From an uncultured Nitrososphaeraceae archaeon (GTDB lineage Archaea > Thermoproteota > Nitrososphaeria > Nitrososphaerales > Nitrososphaeraceae): 64,000 nucleotides of DNA. The stretch lies in contig CAWIMJ010000039.1 of NCBI GenBank assembly GCA_963837175.1, positions 32,001 through 96,000 of the forward strand, written 5' to 3'. The notes beneath the pieces are model-generated. The model was not told the DNA's origin. It saw only the letters and a program-made list of their open reading frames with translations, and searched no databases. The translations under genes were made by a program, and so were the position numbers. Below are positions 32,863 through 44,195 of this stretch, piece by piece. Position 1 is the stretch's first letter. Each line of letters opens with the position of its first letter.

Positions 32863-33381
32863 TTACTTGCAGTACTGCGGTTTTTCTACACAATTCAGGT
32901 GCTGTGAACCATATATCCGAGTGTTACCAAAATGCTTATCAATTTTTAATGGGTCAAGCCACATACTAAAAGCATGCCCGCTCATCAATTTTATGCTTAT
33001 TGGAACATCGGTTACAGGACTGTTCCCCATGGTTATAGTTGCTGTTCCATTGAATGTAGTGGAATTGTTGTTGATTATGGGACTGCCAATCAGTTTAAAG
33101 TTTGATATTGTATGGATATGAGTTGCCGATCCATTTAATTTCATCATATAAAATGTTGCATTGAACATAGGAGAAGTGGAATTCATCTTATCGATTCTAT
33201 AAATGCCATGGACGATCCAAGTTGGAATACCATTTTGATCATTTTGAATACCTACCAAGCTGCCCTTTGCCGTACTGTTAGAGGCCGCACCATATACAAA
33301 GTCACTATCAGTGAAGATTTGTCCACCTATCATAGTAACAACAAATGTCAAGGCTAGTATAATTATGAGCTTTATTATCAT
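32863..33381 (-). CDS. secreted beta-rich hypothetical protein
   Basis: Signal peptide; PTWIVHG...FNATFYMMKLNGSATHIHTISNF...DPLKIDKHFGNTRIYG. Confidence 0.75.
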   Translation of the reverse strand: MIIKLIIILALTFVVTMIGGQIFTDSDFVYGAASNSTAKGSLVGIQNDQNGIPTWIVHGIYRIDKMNSTSPMFNATFYMMKLNGSATHIHTISNFKLIGSPIINNNSTTFNGTATITMGNSPVTDVPISIKLMSGHAFSMWLDPLKIDKHFGNTRIYGSQHLNCVEKPQYCK

Positions 33382-33443
33382 TAATCACAAGAGATAAACG
33401 AGATATATATATAAATAAATTGGTAATTTCTTGTATTTTTCAC

Positions 33444-33875
33444 CTAGTTCAATAGCTCTATCGATATCTTCATATGGGAATAAATTTCCACCAACACTAA
33501 GAAATTCTGTTTCATAAAACTGTGAATATAATAGTCAAGTCTTTGCTTCTCTACCTTCAAGAAATCTGCAATTATTAAACCAGCCTTTACTGCTTCACTT
33601 GCTTTAACTATGGTTATATCAAATAAATCTGAAGGTTCTTTATTAACATAATATTTTTCGTAGATTTCATATACTTTTCCTACTGGTCTCCTGGGAGGTA
33701 ATTCAATGAGCATCGTTCCATCAGTGTTAGCAAGTCTAGAAAATGCTGGCAGCGAACAGACTTGAATCATCTACCAACTTTGAAGCAGTAATATCCGAGA
33801 AATGAATATGATCAACTTGCTTCCATGACCAAACTTGAGTTTCTGAACTTTTCAATATTTCACCCTGATTTTTTC
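33444..33875 (-). pseudogene. terminase large subunit-like internal fragment
   Basis: HIHFSDITA...DDSSLFAA / FSRLANTDGTMLIELPPRRPVGKVYEIY...ASEAVKAGLIIADFL resembles the Walker B/motif III/lid region of Terminase_6-type ATPases (motif recollection). Confidence 0.45.
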
Positions 33876-33879
33876 GATA

Positions 33880-33960
33880 AGAGAGATAGGTGTGGACAGA
33901 GATTGAAACATTGTAGTGGGTGCTATCAGAGAGTCTTAGTATCAGAAGGGCAGCGGGATA
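33880..33960 (+). pseudogene. EIETLQWVL-family remnant, copy G (3' half)
   Basis: VWTEIETL*WVLSESLSIRR; 33920..33948 is a 29/29 reverse-complement match to 15511..15539. Confidence 0.72.
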
Positions 33961-34282
33961 TGCAATACTATTACTAATAACTAGTAACGACATAAAGAGA
34001 GTGAGAAATGAGAGAATAAACTTCTTCTAATGACGATATTGTTTGTTTATGTGTTTGAAACAGAACGTATTATTCCTCAACCACATAACTGACAGGTGGT
34101 AGTCTAGTGAGACTGAATGTTATTATGTCAGTACAGATATAGCCACATCCGCCATTCTAGTTCGTTTCTGGTTGTCAATGTTTGGTTTATTCCTTCATAT
34201 TTATTTCGTGGTTTGGATTTTTAGGTTTATCGCCTACAGGAAGACTGGTTTAAATGGCTTAATAGCTGTTAACTCCACGTGA

Positions 34283-34529
34283 TTATGTTTCGCAACCTAT
34301 GCCATCTCCATCACTGTCGAAACCATGCGGGTCAGGTGGTAAAACTGTAAAATCTTTGTCTGCAATATCAGTACAATCTGTCCGGTGGAGAAGGCGGTAT
34401 ACATACATCTGGATATGAAGAGTCACAGTTGTCTTTCTGAGCATTCGTTTGAGTAGGAGAAGAGAAAAGAACTGTAGCACTGGTGAACAGTATAATCGTC
34501 AAGACTGAAGCAACTACTTTTGCTTTCAT
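34283..34529 (-). CDS. small secreted Excalibur-like calcium-binding protein; one frameshift
   Basis: Signal peptide, CDSSYPDVCIPPSPPD / DCTDIADKDFTVLPPDPHGFDSDGDGIGCET. Confidence 0.8.
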
Positions 34530-34624
34530 TCTTGCTGCTATAAAGTCACAGTATGATAAAAGTTTTTTGCGTGGAAACGAAATGCAGCGGGTTCTACTCT
34601 CAGTTATAGAAAACATAATAATCT

Positions 34625-34780
34625 ACTGAGGTGCCTGGCTTGCTATGTGTGTCTGCTCTGACTGGGTGCCATGACGATACGTCAGAAAGTTATGGCAGTA
34701 GCAATAAGGGCCACGATTCCAATAATATCTCCTATATCTAATTCATTTTTAAAAGCAATGACTAGTATTTCTGTCACCAT
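34625..34780 (-). pseudogene. membrane protein N-terminal fragment
   Basis: MVTEILVIAFKNELDIGDIIGIVALIATAITF / TYRHGTQSEQ. Confidence 0.4.
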
Positions 34781-35367
34781 ATTAAGATACACGTTTATCA
34801 TATTGTGTTTTATCTATTTCTTCGTCAATCAGATTTCTAGTGTGATTTACTCATAATAGTAGCATATGTAAGTGGGTGTATAATGTTTATCAATTATTAT
34901 TTGATATATTAAGTGCTATGCTTCATTCGCTTACCTATTCACTAACTCACTAATTCACTCGCTATACCTCGTTAACTCGTTCTTTCGAAGCAACCTAGGA
35001 TATAAGTATACGCTACCTGCCGCCTACTATATGTACTTATATACGCTAAGATATTGAATCAAAAATAAGGAGGCTTATTATTCAATAGGCAAATATGAAA
35101 AGTTAATACGTGAATACGTGCAAATATTCCCATAATATTTAGTGGAAGTGAAGTAAAAATTTACAAAAGAACTTTACACAAGTGCTTCGAAAACCTGAAC
35201 ATATCTTTAAGTAAGCATTCTTCTCTTCTATCAATATTTGGGAGTATATTTGTAATAATAAATCCTTATGATTCAAGTAGCATTTGTTCCCACATATGAA
35301 TAAAATTTCATTATTCTTTTCTTATAACTAATCATCAAAAATCCTTATTCTCCTTCCTTTCTTTTCT

Positions 35368-36171
35368 TTATATCCTCCATGCTACCTTGAGATACTCAGT
35401 ATCTATTTCTGTACCTAAGTAATCTACACCTAGCTTCATACATGCCAAGGCAGTTGTACCTATTCCCATAAATGGATCATAAACAACCATGTCTTGTTTT
35501 ATTCCATGCATCTTTATACAAAGATACGGTAGTTTTTCAGGAAATACTGCTGGATGAGGTCTACCTTCTTGAATTGTAGGATATGGAATGAACCATACAT
35601 TACCTCTATCTCTTTTATCATGTGTTGCAGATTTCCATCTTCCAATATTTGTCTTATCCTGATAGGGTACACCTATTGCTCGTTTATCCAATTTTACATT
35701 TCCTACTTTTGTGAGATGAAAAATGTATTCATGAAGATCAGTTAGAAATCTTTCACTAATTATTGGTTTAAAATGACCTATAGAATAGTCATTACGTATT
35801 CCATTATTTTTACCTACATCTTCTTTTTCAAATGAGATCGATTTTATCCAATGAATTGTATTTTGTACTTTGTACCCTGTTTTTCTAAATCTATCAACTA
35901 CTTCAAAGGGTAGTATAGGATCTGATGGCGTCCCACCTATATTGAGAAAGAATGAACCATTATCCTTTAAAATTAAATAACTTAATTGGGCTATTTCATA
36001 AAGCCAATTCAGATACTCGTCTCTTTCTTTATTATCTTTATATGATCCATATTCTTTGTTTAAATTATATGGTGGCGATGTCACAATAACATCTACACTC
36101 ACGCTCTCTAGATTGAGCCTTTTCATAAAATCTGTGCAGTTTTCATTGTAGATATTGTTTAGTTCTATCAC
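35368..36171 (-). CDS. site-specific DNA methyltransferase, beta class (N4-cytosine/N6-adenine)
   Basis: VTSPPYN (motif IV) precedes HPAVFP and YDPFMGIGTT (motif I). Confidence 0.92.
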   Translation of the reverse strand: MIELNNIYNENCTDFMKRLNLESVSVDVIVTSPPYNLNKEYGSYKDNKERDEYLNWLYEIAQLSYLILKDNGSFFLNIGGTPSDPILPFEVVDRFRKTGYKVQNTIHWIKSISFEKEDVGKNNGIRNDYSIGHFKPIISERFLTDLHEYIFHLTKVGNVKLDKRAIGVPYQDKTNIGRWKSATHDKRDRGNVWFIPYPTIQEGRPHPAVFPEKLPYLCIKMHGIKQDMVVYDPFMGIGTTALACMKLGVDYLGTEIDTEYLKVAWRI

Positions 36172-36405
36172 TCTACAATCAACTTAATAGAAATCAGCTA
36201 ATAAAGATCTTTTCTTATCATTTTGATAATGAGCCTGTTATATGGTGCTATTATAACTTTGCTCCCTCAGTATACACTCGCTTCTTTTCACTTAATCATA
36301 TCAACCTTTCTTACTATTTTTAATATTTGATTATATTACTATCATTGGATAAATCTATAGCAAATTAAAAAGGTTTAAGTTTGTATTAATTAAAAGTGGT
36401 ACAAT

Positions 36406-37371
36406 ATGGAGAAACTGACTTCATGGTTGCTAAAAGAACCAGAAGGAGTACTACCTGCATTAGATAGATGCATATTATTTTTTTTGAAAATTATTTATTT
36501 GGGTTTAAGGATTGTACTTAGATTAGTTTTAGGCAAGGAAAGAAGAGATAAACTATATGTTGAAAAAGGGATTAGTTATGCGTGGATTGATTATTTGAAT
36601 CCTTCATTATACTTATTAAAGTTATTCTATAAATCTATTAAGTTTCTGGGAGTAGGGAATTCCCAGGTATTAATAAAAATCAGTGTACCAAAATACGATT
36701 ACAAATTCTATTGTCGAATTAACAAAGCAGATTTTATAACACGTGAAGATGGAATAATAGAACATTTTACTCCTAAGCAAGGAGATATAGTTGTAGATAT
36801 TGGTGCACATATGGGCCGGTATACAATAATAAGCTCAAAACGAGTTGGTACAAATGGAAAAGTAATTGCTATTGAGGCTCATCCGGGCAATTTTGAAATG
36901 TTAAATCGTAATATCAAACTAAATCAGTTAACTAATGTTATACCTTTGAATTATGCAGTATATTCTAAAGAAACAAAAATAAAACTCTACATACCAGGAG
37001 AAGAATCAGGCTATACCGTATATAACACTATTATGTCCAATAGGGCAGGAACTGAAGATAAATTTGTAGAAGTAAATGCTAACACATTGGATTGTCTATT
37101 ACAATTAAATCAAATAAGAGAAGAAGAAGTAAACTGGGTTAAAATTGATGTGGAGGGAGCAGAATTTGAAGTGTTAAAAGGGGCTACTAATGTACTATCC
37201 AAAAGTAAAGACATAGCACTTTTGATTGAGGTTCATGGATCAGATAATTATAAGCCAATACTAAACTTTCTTAATTTATATAATTTCAAAATAGAATTTG
37301 AAAAGAACCATGAGAGTGGAGATACGCATATAATCCTAAGGAAAGATGGGTTCAAAAATAGAATAATATAG
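36406..37371 (+). CDS. FkbM family methyltransferase
   Basis: VVDIGAHMG, VIAIEAHP, WVKIDVEGAEFEVLKG, IEVH. Confidence 0.9.
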   Translation: MEKLTSWLLKEPEGVLPALDRCILFFLKIIYLGLRIVLRLVLGKERRDKLYVEKGISYAWIDYLNPSLYLLKLFYKSIKFLGVGNSQVLIKISVPKYDYKFYCRINKADFITREDGIIEHFTPKQGDIVVDIGAHMGRYTIISSKRVGTNGKVIAIEAHPGNFEMLNRNIKLNQLTNVIPLNYAVYSKETKIKLYIPGEESGYTVYNTIMSNRAGTEDKFVEVNANTLDCLLQLNQIREEEVNWVKIDVEGAEFEVLKGATNVLSKSKDIALLIEVHGSDNYKPILNFLNLYNFKIEFEKNHESGDTHIILRKDGFKNRII

Positions 37372-37717
37372 TATATTTTATTTAATAAAATTAAATGATG
37401 TAGAAATGTCAATAATTTGTGATGATGATAAAAGATTTATTGGAGACTTCACATATATTTGATTTCAAAATATAATGTTGATTGTCTGCTCAGAAAGAGT
37501 AGACGAAAAAAATTTCCAAGAAATATTGTGTAATGTTAAAACTCCCATTATTTTACAAATATTATCGTCGCAGTCGATGCTTAGGTGGATGCCGTCTTTG
37601 ATACATATATGGTGTCATTTTGTGGTACTGACAGTGAAAGAAATATGGTCATCAAACCTATGCAAATTAGAACTCATGATAGTGTATATATAATAAATAT
37701 TGCAGAAATTAATAATA

Positions 37718-37855
37718 ATGATAGAAGAAGATTCAAGTCAAGATACTGTTCCTACTTCCTCATATAATTATAAATGTAAAGAGTGTGGCAAAGTTTTTCC
37801 CAACGCAATGCAGCTTACACATCATTATAGAATGGATCATCCCGAAGGACTCTAA
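37718..37855 (+). CDS. 45-aa single C2H2 zinc-finger microprotein (below the ORF-track cutoff)
   Basis: MIEEDSSQDTVPTSSYNYKCKECGKVFPNAMQLTHHYRMDHPEGL*, a textbook YxCxxCxxxFxxxxxLxxHxxxxH. Confidence 0.85.
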   Translation: MIEEDSSQDTVPTSSYNYKCKECGKVFPNAMQLTHHYRMDHPEGL

Positions 37856-38432
37856 CATAAAAACACAACAAAACAAGTGATAATATTAATAAGAACCATC
37901 ATAGAAAATGAAAGGATATTAAATAAAGAAGAAACTAGATATGACTATGTATTTGGTATTCATAGCTTCGTAGTAAGATATTATCAGTAAAAGAATGTGA
38001 CAATGAATGAAATTAGCCAAATAAGTTGAACAGTCCTAATTATTTACACTTCCTTGACCAATTTACCAATAACATGAGAAGACTGTGACGTTACTTGTTA
38101 TAGGCAATGTTCTATATGCAGGATTAAAAACAAAGAGCCTCTATTCTATAATACACAACCAAGCATAAAAGAAAATTATCTAACTTATGATAATAGTGTT
38201 TTTGTTTGTAATCTTGTAATCGAAGAGAAGGTAGACTTCGTTAATAGAAATTATTTTATTATTATTAGTTGTTTGCAGTTTTAAGGACTAGACATCTTTC
38301 AAAAGACTTGTCATAGGAATCCAACCCAAGCATTCCTGCTTTGCTAGTATTAATAGATATATATTATATTGTCTCTTATTGCTATTGCAGTCAGTAAAGA
38401 AATATTAGAAGAACAGATAGCTTCCAAATATT

Positions 38433-38825
38433 TCATGAAATAATTTTTTTCGTTGATTGCATAATTTTCAAAATATCTACAAATTCTGTGTTTTTATCAA
38501 ATGTGATATAGCAAAAGTTAGTTTCATTTGATAATACTATCTGTTTAACCTTTTCATTTTCGGTAAACGTATAAATAGTCTTACCGATGGATCCTTCAAA
38601 TTCCTTTCTTAATCTATTTCTTGTTGCCTCAATGAAATGTTCATTTCTAGAATCATCAGGCTTCAATAATGGTATTACACCTTTACGTAATTGTCCTGCT
38701 AAAGTTTGTCCAAAATTATTAATTATGCCTACATAGCGTATCTTTGGTGAGATGGATAGAATTGTGAGACAATTATCTTTATACTTATTAATTTGATCCT
38801 TAGATAGAGTTTTGTGTACCAACAT
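38433..38825 (-). CDS. DUF6659-like (roadblock/profilin fold) protein
   Basis: ILSISPKIRYVGIINNFGQTLAG...GKTIYTFTENEKV. Confidence 0.7.
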   Translation of the reverse strand: MLVHKTLSKDQINKYKDNCLTILSISPKIRYVGIINNFGQTLAGQLRKGVIPLLKPDDSRNEHFIEATRNRLRKEFEGSIGKTIYTFTENEKVKQIVLSNETNFCYITFDKNTEFVDILKIMQSTKKIIS

Positions 38826-39029
38826 TATTCATATATTTAAGGACATAATAAATTGATCTGCAAAGATCTCATACTTTATACATAAGCACATACCTTCAGA
38901 AAATACACCTGCTAATTAATTAATTAACTATCATCCTTTGGCACGGTTAAATTAACATCAGCTTCATCAATTATTATCATCATCCATTCATAGTTTTATC
39001 TTCTTTTTAAGTGTCTATAGAGTATTTTA

Positions 39030-40700
39030 TCATTGATGGTTCATCCTTAAGCTGATAACTGGAAGAACAATAGCAAAAGTCGCACCCTTTCCCTCTGGAT
39101 TGTTTTCAGCCGATATTTTTCCACCATGAGCTTCAACAATATTTTTAGCAATAAACAATCCCAATCCAGTACCTATGTCGGATTTTGTAGCAAACTTTGA
39201 AAATAGCCTAGGCAATATTTCAGAATTTATTCCAGAACCAGTGTCTTTGATGCTGAGGATAACATTGTGGTCATCTTTAATTTTTGTGATAACTTTAATT
39301 GTTCCTTTTATAGTGAATTTAACAGAATTACTTAGCAGGTTAGAAATTACTTGAGTCAACCTAGATCTATCTGCTTCTACAAAAATATCTTTAGGTTCAT
39401 ACAATAATTTTATATTTTTACTTTTGAAGTCTTTCTTTACTATTATATCATTTATAGTATTTGTTATTATATCTTTTAAATTGAATTGTTGTTTATTTAG
39501 TGTTAGTGAGTTACTTTCAATTCTCGTAACATCAAGAATATCCTCTGTAAGCCTTTGCAGTCTTCTTGCATTTCTTATAATGGCATCTATTAATTCATTA
39601 TATTGTTCTATGCTTCCTTTTTTTGAAATAAGAACTTCAGCTAAGCCAAGTATAGGCTGAATAGGTGTTCGTAATTCATGAGCTGCTATATTGATAAATT
39701 CCTTTTGCATTTTATCATGAGCTTTTAGTTGTTCATACAAATCTCTTAATTCCCCATACAAGTCAACCTGATTCCATAGAGTATCAAATATTGATAAATA
39801 AGACAAAACCGTTGGCTTGCTATTAGAATATGTTGCCAAGCCTATTGCTTCATAAGAAGTTTCTTTTGTATCATCCTTCAATTCTACAGTTAATAAGAAT
39901 TTCCTATCCACTAACAAAGTTGTAACTTTAGTTTGTAAAGGATAGTCGATATTTCGAATGTCAATTTGATGCTTCTGTTCTTTGAATTTTTGTTCTTTCT
40001 CTTTAATTATATCATCCATAGGAGTCAGAATTCTTATCTTCACATGACGTTCTGCTGTAGCCTCTTTAAATAATTCCATTGCTCCTGCACGCTCTTGACG
40101 ATGGAATGCATTAGCTGTGGAAAATATTACCAATATTTCATGTGTAGCGAATTTTATGAGCTCAAGACCAATCAATTGTACTTCAATAGGATCACGAATA
40201 GTCTCTATGACCTCTGGTTCTATTCCTTCTTCTATTTCTTTAATTTTTTGCTCAGCTGGTATTGCTTTACTCCAAATAGTATCAAAGATATATTGCTGCT
40301 GTTCTACTAGTTCCTTTACGTTGCTGTATATAGTTTGTGATGCTGTTTTGTCTTTCTCATATAAAATTAATGGAGCAAGGTATTCTGTTTCACTTATCAT
40401 AAAATTGCCTTTAATTCCATCTAAGTGGCGCAATTCATCAACAATTGTAATTAGCTCTTTACAATAAGCAATATTATCTTTAGTAATCTCAGTGAGATAT
40501 CTTAATTTTATACCTCTACTTTTAGCATCAAGAAAAGCATTCTTGATTGGTTCAATTAAAATAGCTAATGGTGGTCGTGTATAATTCATGCAGGTATCAA
40601 TTTTTATTTTTGCTTTCAAGAAAAATTGTAATTCTGCACCTATTACGTTGTCAACACCATAAATTATTTTAGTCTTGATATTTTTCGTATTATTTCGATA
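39030..40700 (-). CDS. cytoplasmic histidine kinase with two N-terminal TrmB/PLD-like domains; start uncertain
   Basis: RGIKLRYLTEIT, EFINIAAHELRTPIQPILG, QVISNLLSN, DTGSGI, GTGLGLFIAKNIVEAHGG; the frame stays open upstream of the called TTG. Confidence 0.9.
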   Translation of the reverse strand, partial: YRNNTKNIKTKIIYGVDNVIGAELQFFLKAKIKIDTCMNYTRPPLAILIEPIKNAFLDAKSRGIKLRYLTEITKDNIAYCKELITIVDELRHLDGIKGNFMISETEYLAPLILYEKDKTASQTIYSNVKELVEQQQYIFDTIWSKAIPAEQKIKEIEEGIEPEVIETIRDPIEVQLIGLELIKFATHEILVIFSTANAFHRQERAGAMELFKEATAERHVKIRILTPMDDIIKEKEQKFKEQKHQIDIRNIDYPLQTKVTTLLVDRKFLLTVELKDDTKETSYEAIGLATYSNSKPTVLSYLSIFDTLWNQVDLYGELRDLYEQLKAHDKMQKEFINIAAHELRTPIQPILGLAEVLISKKGSIEQYNELIDAIIRNARRLQRLTEDILDVTRIESNSLTLNKQQFNLKDIITNTINDIIVKKDFKSKNIKLLYEPKDIFVEADRSRLTQVISNLLSNSVKFTIKGTIKVITKIKDDHNVILSIKDTGSGINSEILPRLFSKFATKSDIGTGLGLFIAKNIVEAHGGKISAENNPEGKGATFAIVLPVISLRMNHQ

Positions 40701-41089
40701 TCACTATTACAATATTGATGTATATAAGATGTTAGATTAAAGTTATATTGCTGTAATTTGAACCTCAGAAACCAATGGCGATTAATATGGTATTTATGAT
40801 GGGATTACCTATGGTAGGGGTTAGAGTCATTATTCATGTTATTGCTCGTCGAATTTGGATATTATTAGACATACATGAGCTTAAAAAAGACAAGAATGAA
40901 TGGATATGAGAGTACTTTGATTGCTTGCAGCCCCCATGTCATGTGACAGGAGAACCAACTCCTTGAAGCAGCAGGTAGTAATTTGTTATACTCTATTCAA
41001 CTTCTTATTGCATTTACTTCACTAATGACTGTTATCATCTAATCAATCAGAGGATCTGATTTGTAAATTCAACTCCAAGATATCTGCAA

Positions 41090-42222
41090 TAATTACATAA
41101 CGGAAATATGATACTTGTCATTAAATACGTATAAATTGAAATCAGGAGGTAGCAAATCAGCTTTTAGAGGACATATTTCATTCAATTTATCCTTCCTGCC
41201 ATAATCGTCGCAGTATTCGGTAGTAATCAGCTTTTCATTTTTTTGGCTACCTTAACTAAGCCGAATATTGATATTATACTTAATGAAAAGGATCCCAGTA
41301 AATCATCAATTAAATTTTCGAATACAGGAATAGAGGCTGCTACACATATGAACTTAAAGATCAAATACCTCAAAACATTCGCAATTACACAATTGTATTT
41401 AGTTCAGAAAATATAACTTTTGTAAATAAAACTACTCCAAAATTGTTGGAGATATACATGCCACGGTTTGTACAAGGACCGGGTTCAATAACTCAAATAG
41501 ATTTATAGATACATAAGAATGAAAAAACAAATAATCAGACTTATGGTAACTATAATGTTTACGCAACATACGATCAGAATAGTTTAAAAGAAACAACGCA
41601 GAAAACATCATCTTTTATAAACTTCTTAGAAGAGTGGATAAATTCATGGTCTGCTAGTTTGGGAGGAATCATTGTTTTTTGGTCTTGTCATATCTGGTGC
41701 ATATTTTGCATATTATATTCGCTTATTTTTTTGGAACAGAAGAGAATACAAAATACAAATTAAAAAAGTTGTTTCAAAAGACATTGTTGAACAGGCTACA
41801 ATAAACTTCTATAAAAATTACTCAGCAGATCGTGATTGTAGTCATAGACTCCTTGCTGAATATTTATCAGAATTGGAAGGCAGCATGGGAACAAATTCAT
41901 CATTTGCATTTCAAATATTCCATATATAGTAAAGACAATGACCTTCTCCCTGAGATAGACAATATAATAGATGACAGCATTGAGAAAGCAATAAGCAATT
42001 CCTTGGCAAGAGAAACAGATAAAAGATCTTTTTGAACAGGGTTGAAAGCTACATTCCACTTCAAGGAGACATTCAGCGTCTCCATAGGAAAAATGCCAAA
42101 AAATTGTAGATATTGATGTAGGTATTAGAAAGGAAGGAACCACCTCATATGATCGTGCTGATATAAAATATTATACAGTTATTGCAAATACAAAAAGAAA
42201 AATAATGGAATATCAATATTAA
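41090..42222 (+). pseudogene. degraded membrane-associated hypothetical protein
   Basis: Chain of coding-like fragments with a TM segment (41672..41929, 41832..42035). Confidence 0.4.
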
Positions 42223-42434
42223 GAAAGTTCTCTAAATACTGCTCTTGCGATGCGGGTCTGCCTAACGATAAGAGAAATCATAACATATCATTTACTACAA
42301 TAGAGACCATGTTCAAATTGATAGAACATTAGTAAAGACACTTTCTATTGCAGCTGAATGAGGTTGACCTACCCTCAGATGAAAGATGCTCGTGAACTTT
42401 TGGAGATTGGAGCTATTACAGAGTTTTGATCATA

Positions 42435-43295
42435 TCATTCTCTTATTGCACCTAGTGTCATTCCCTTTATCATCTGTTTTTGGAAAATTAGCATCAAAAC
42501 CAATACAGGAATAAGAGAAAGAGTAATACCAGCACTAAGATAACCCCAGTCTATTCTATATAGCGAAATAAACTGGTATAATGCAACTTGGAAAACCATT
42601 GAATCAGATCTATTGGCTAAAACTACAGGGAGTATAAATTCATTCCATGAAAACCTGAAAGACAAAACTGCAGCTATCGCAAAACCAGGCATCGACAATG
42701 GTATAGTTATACGTCTTAATACTCCAAGTCTTGAACAACCATCGATCAATGCAGCCTCTTCAAGCTCTGTTGGGATTGTTTCAAAGTAATTTTTCATCAG
42801 AAGTATGTTTAGTGGTATAATAAGGATCTGAAATGTCAACATTAATGCTATTAAAGAATTAAGCAATCCAAAATTTGCTAACATTGTGTATAATGGTATT
42901 ATATTAATTACAATAGGTATCATGAAAAGACCTAATATTATACTCATAATTACGTTTTTTCCCTTGAATTCAAACCTTGCAAATGCATATCCTCCTAAGG
43001 AGCTCACGGCAACACTTAAAGCTGTACTACCTAAGCTTATTATGAAGCTATTTATCAGACTACGTGCAAGTGCAGGATCAGTTAGTACAAAGAGGTAGTT
43101 GTCAATTGTTGGATTTTCTGGTAAAAGTTTAGGCGGAAAGCTTATGGCTTCTGTATTTGGTTTCAATGAAGTAGATAGAACCCATGCAAGAGGCGATAAT
43201 GTAATGAATAAGAAAACTGCAATTAAAGCATAGATTAAAGTTCGTTCTGCAAAGAACCAAACATTGGGACTTCTAGTGGCTGTCTTCTGTATCAT
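42435..43295 (-). CDS. carbohydrate ABC transporter permease (MalG-like)
   Basis: IPTELEEAALIDGCS EAA loop, FSWNEF. Confidence 0.93.
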   Translation of the reverse strand: MIQKTATRSPNVWFFAERTLIYALIAVFLFITLSPLAWVLSTSLKPNTEAISFPPKLLPENPTIDNYLFVLTDPALARSLINSFIISLGSTALSVAVSSLGGYAFARFEFKGKNVIMSIILGLFMIPIVINIIPLYTMLANFGLLNSLIALMLTFQILIIPLNILLMKNYFETIPTELEEAALIDGCSRLGVLRRITIPLSMPGFAIAAVLSFRFSWNEFILPVVLANRSDSMVFQVALYQFISLYRIDWGYLSAGITLSLIPVLVLMLIFQKQMIKGMTLGAIRE

Positions 43296-43304
43296 AATCT
43301 GGTT

Positions 43305-44171
43305 TTATCTCCTCAAAAGTTTGTGATAAATAAATGCAATAGATAGATTGATTGCTATTAGAACTATCCCTGCAGACGCTCCTTTTGAAAGGAGTCCAAA
43401 CTCAAATGCTTGTCTGTACATGTAAAGTGATGCAGTTGTACTTGCAAACAAAGGACCTCCTCCTGTCATTATTAACTGTATGTCAAAGAAGTTTACAGAC
43501 CAAATAGTTATCAATATAAGATCAATCACAATGAATGGTTTGAGTAATGGAAGAGTTATGTGTATGAAGCTTCTAATCTTTGTTGCTCCATCTATGACTG
43601 CTGCTTCATATATTGTAGGATTTATTGAAAATAGACCTGCAGTTAGAAAGAGTATGGTAAATGGAGTACCATACCACACATTTGCGATCACTAAAGACCA
43701 TATTACTATGCTAGGATCTGAAAGCCATCCAACTGACTGCAACCCTATCTCATTCAATAGATAGTTTAATATTCCAAAATTATAGTCGAGAATAAACTTA
43801 AATGAAAAAGCAGCTATGACTGCAGAAATTGTCCAAGGTATTATGAAAATTGCACGCAATACACCAGAAGCTTTTACTTGCTGATGTAATAACACAGACA
43901 TCAGCATACCAATACCAAATTGAAGAGCAACGGAACCTCCGACAAACATAAGTGTGATCTTAAGCGATGTATAAAAATTAGGATCATTAAATAAGTTTAT
44001 GAAGTTTGTTCCACCAATGTATTCCCATTCCCTTAGAATAGTAGTGAGAGACACGTCATGTAATGAAATGTATGTATTCCAAAAAAGAGGGAATATTAGA
44101 AATACAAGTAATATTGCAAGAGCAGGAGTAAGAAGAAGATACGGTTCTGCCTTTTCAAATATACTTGGCAT
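43305..44171 (-). CDS. carbohydrate ABC transporter permease (MalF-like)
   Basis: IYEAAVIDGA EAA loop, MTGGGP. Confidence 0.93.
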   Translation of the reverse strand: MPSIFEKAEPYLLLTPALAILLVFLIFPLFWNTYISLHDVSLTTILREWEYIGGTNFINLFNDPNFYTSLKITLMFVGGSVALQFGIGMLMSVLLHQQVKASGVLRAIFIIPWTISAVIAAFSFKFILDYNFGILNYLLNEIGLQSVGWLSDPSIVIWSLVIANVWYGTPFTILFLTAGLFSINPTIYEAAVIDGATKIRSFIHITLPLLKPFIVIDLILITIWSVNFFDIQLIMTGGGPLFASTTASLYMYRQAFEFGLLSKGASAGIVLIAINLSIAFIYHKLLRR

Positions 44172-44195
44172 TTTGCATACTCAATATATGATTCT

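Noticed and set aside
38304-38315. agacttgtcata as a solo end of the 30.5-kb IS or a MITE
   Set aside because: Only a short imperfect match and no partner end was found
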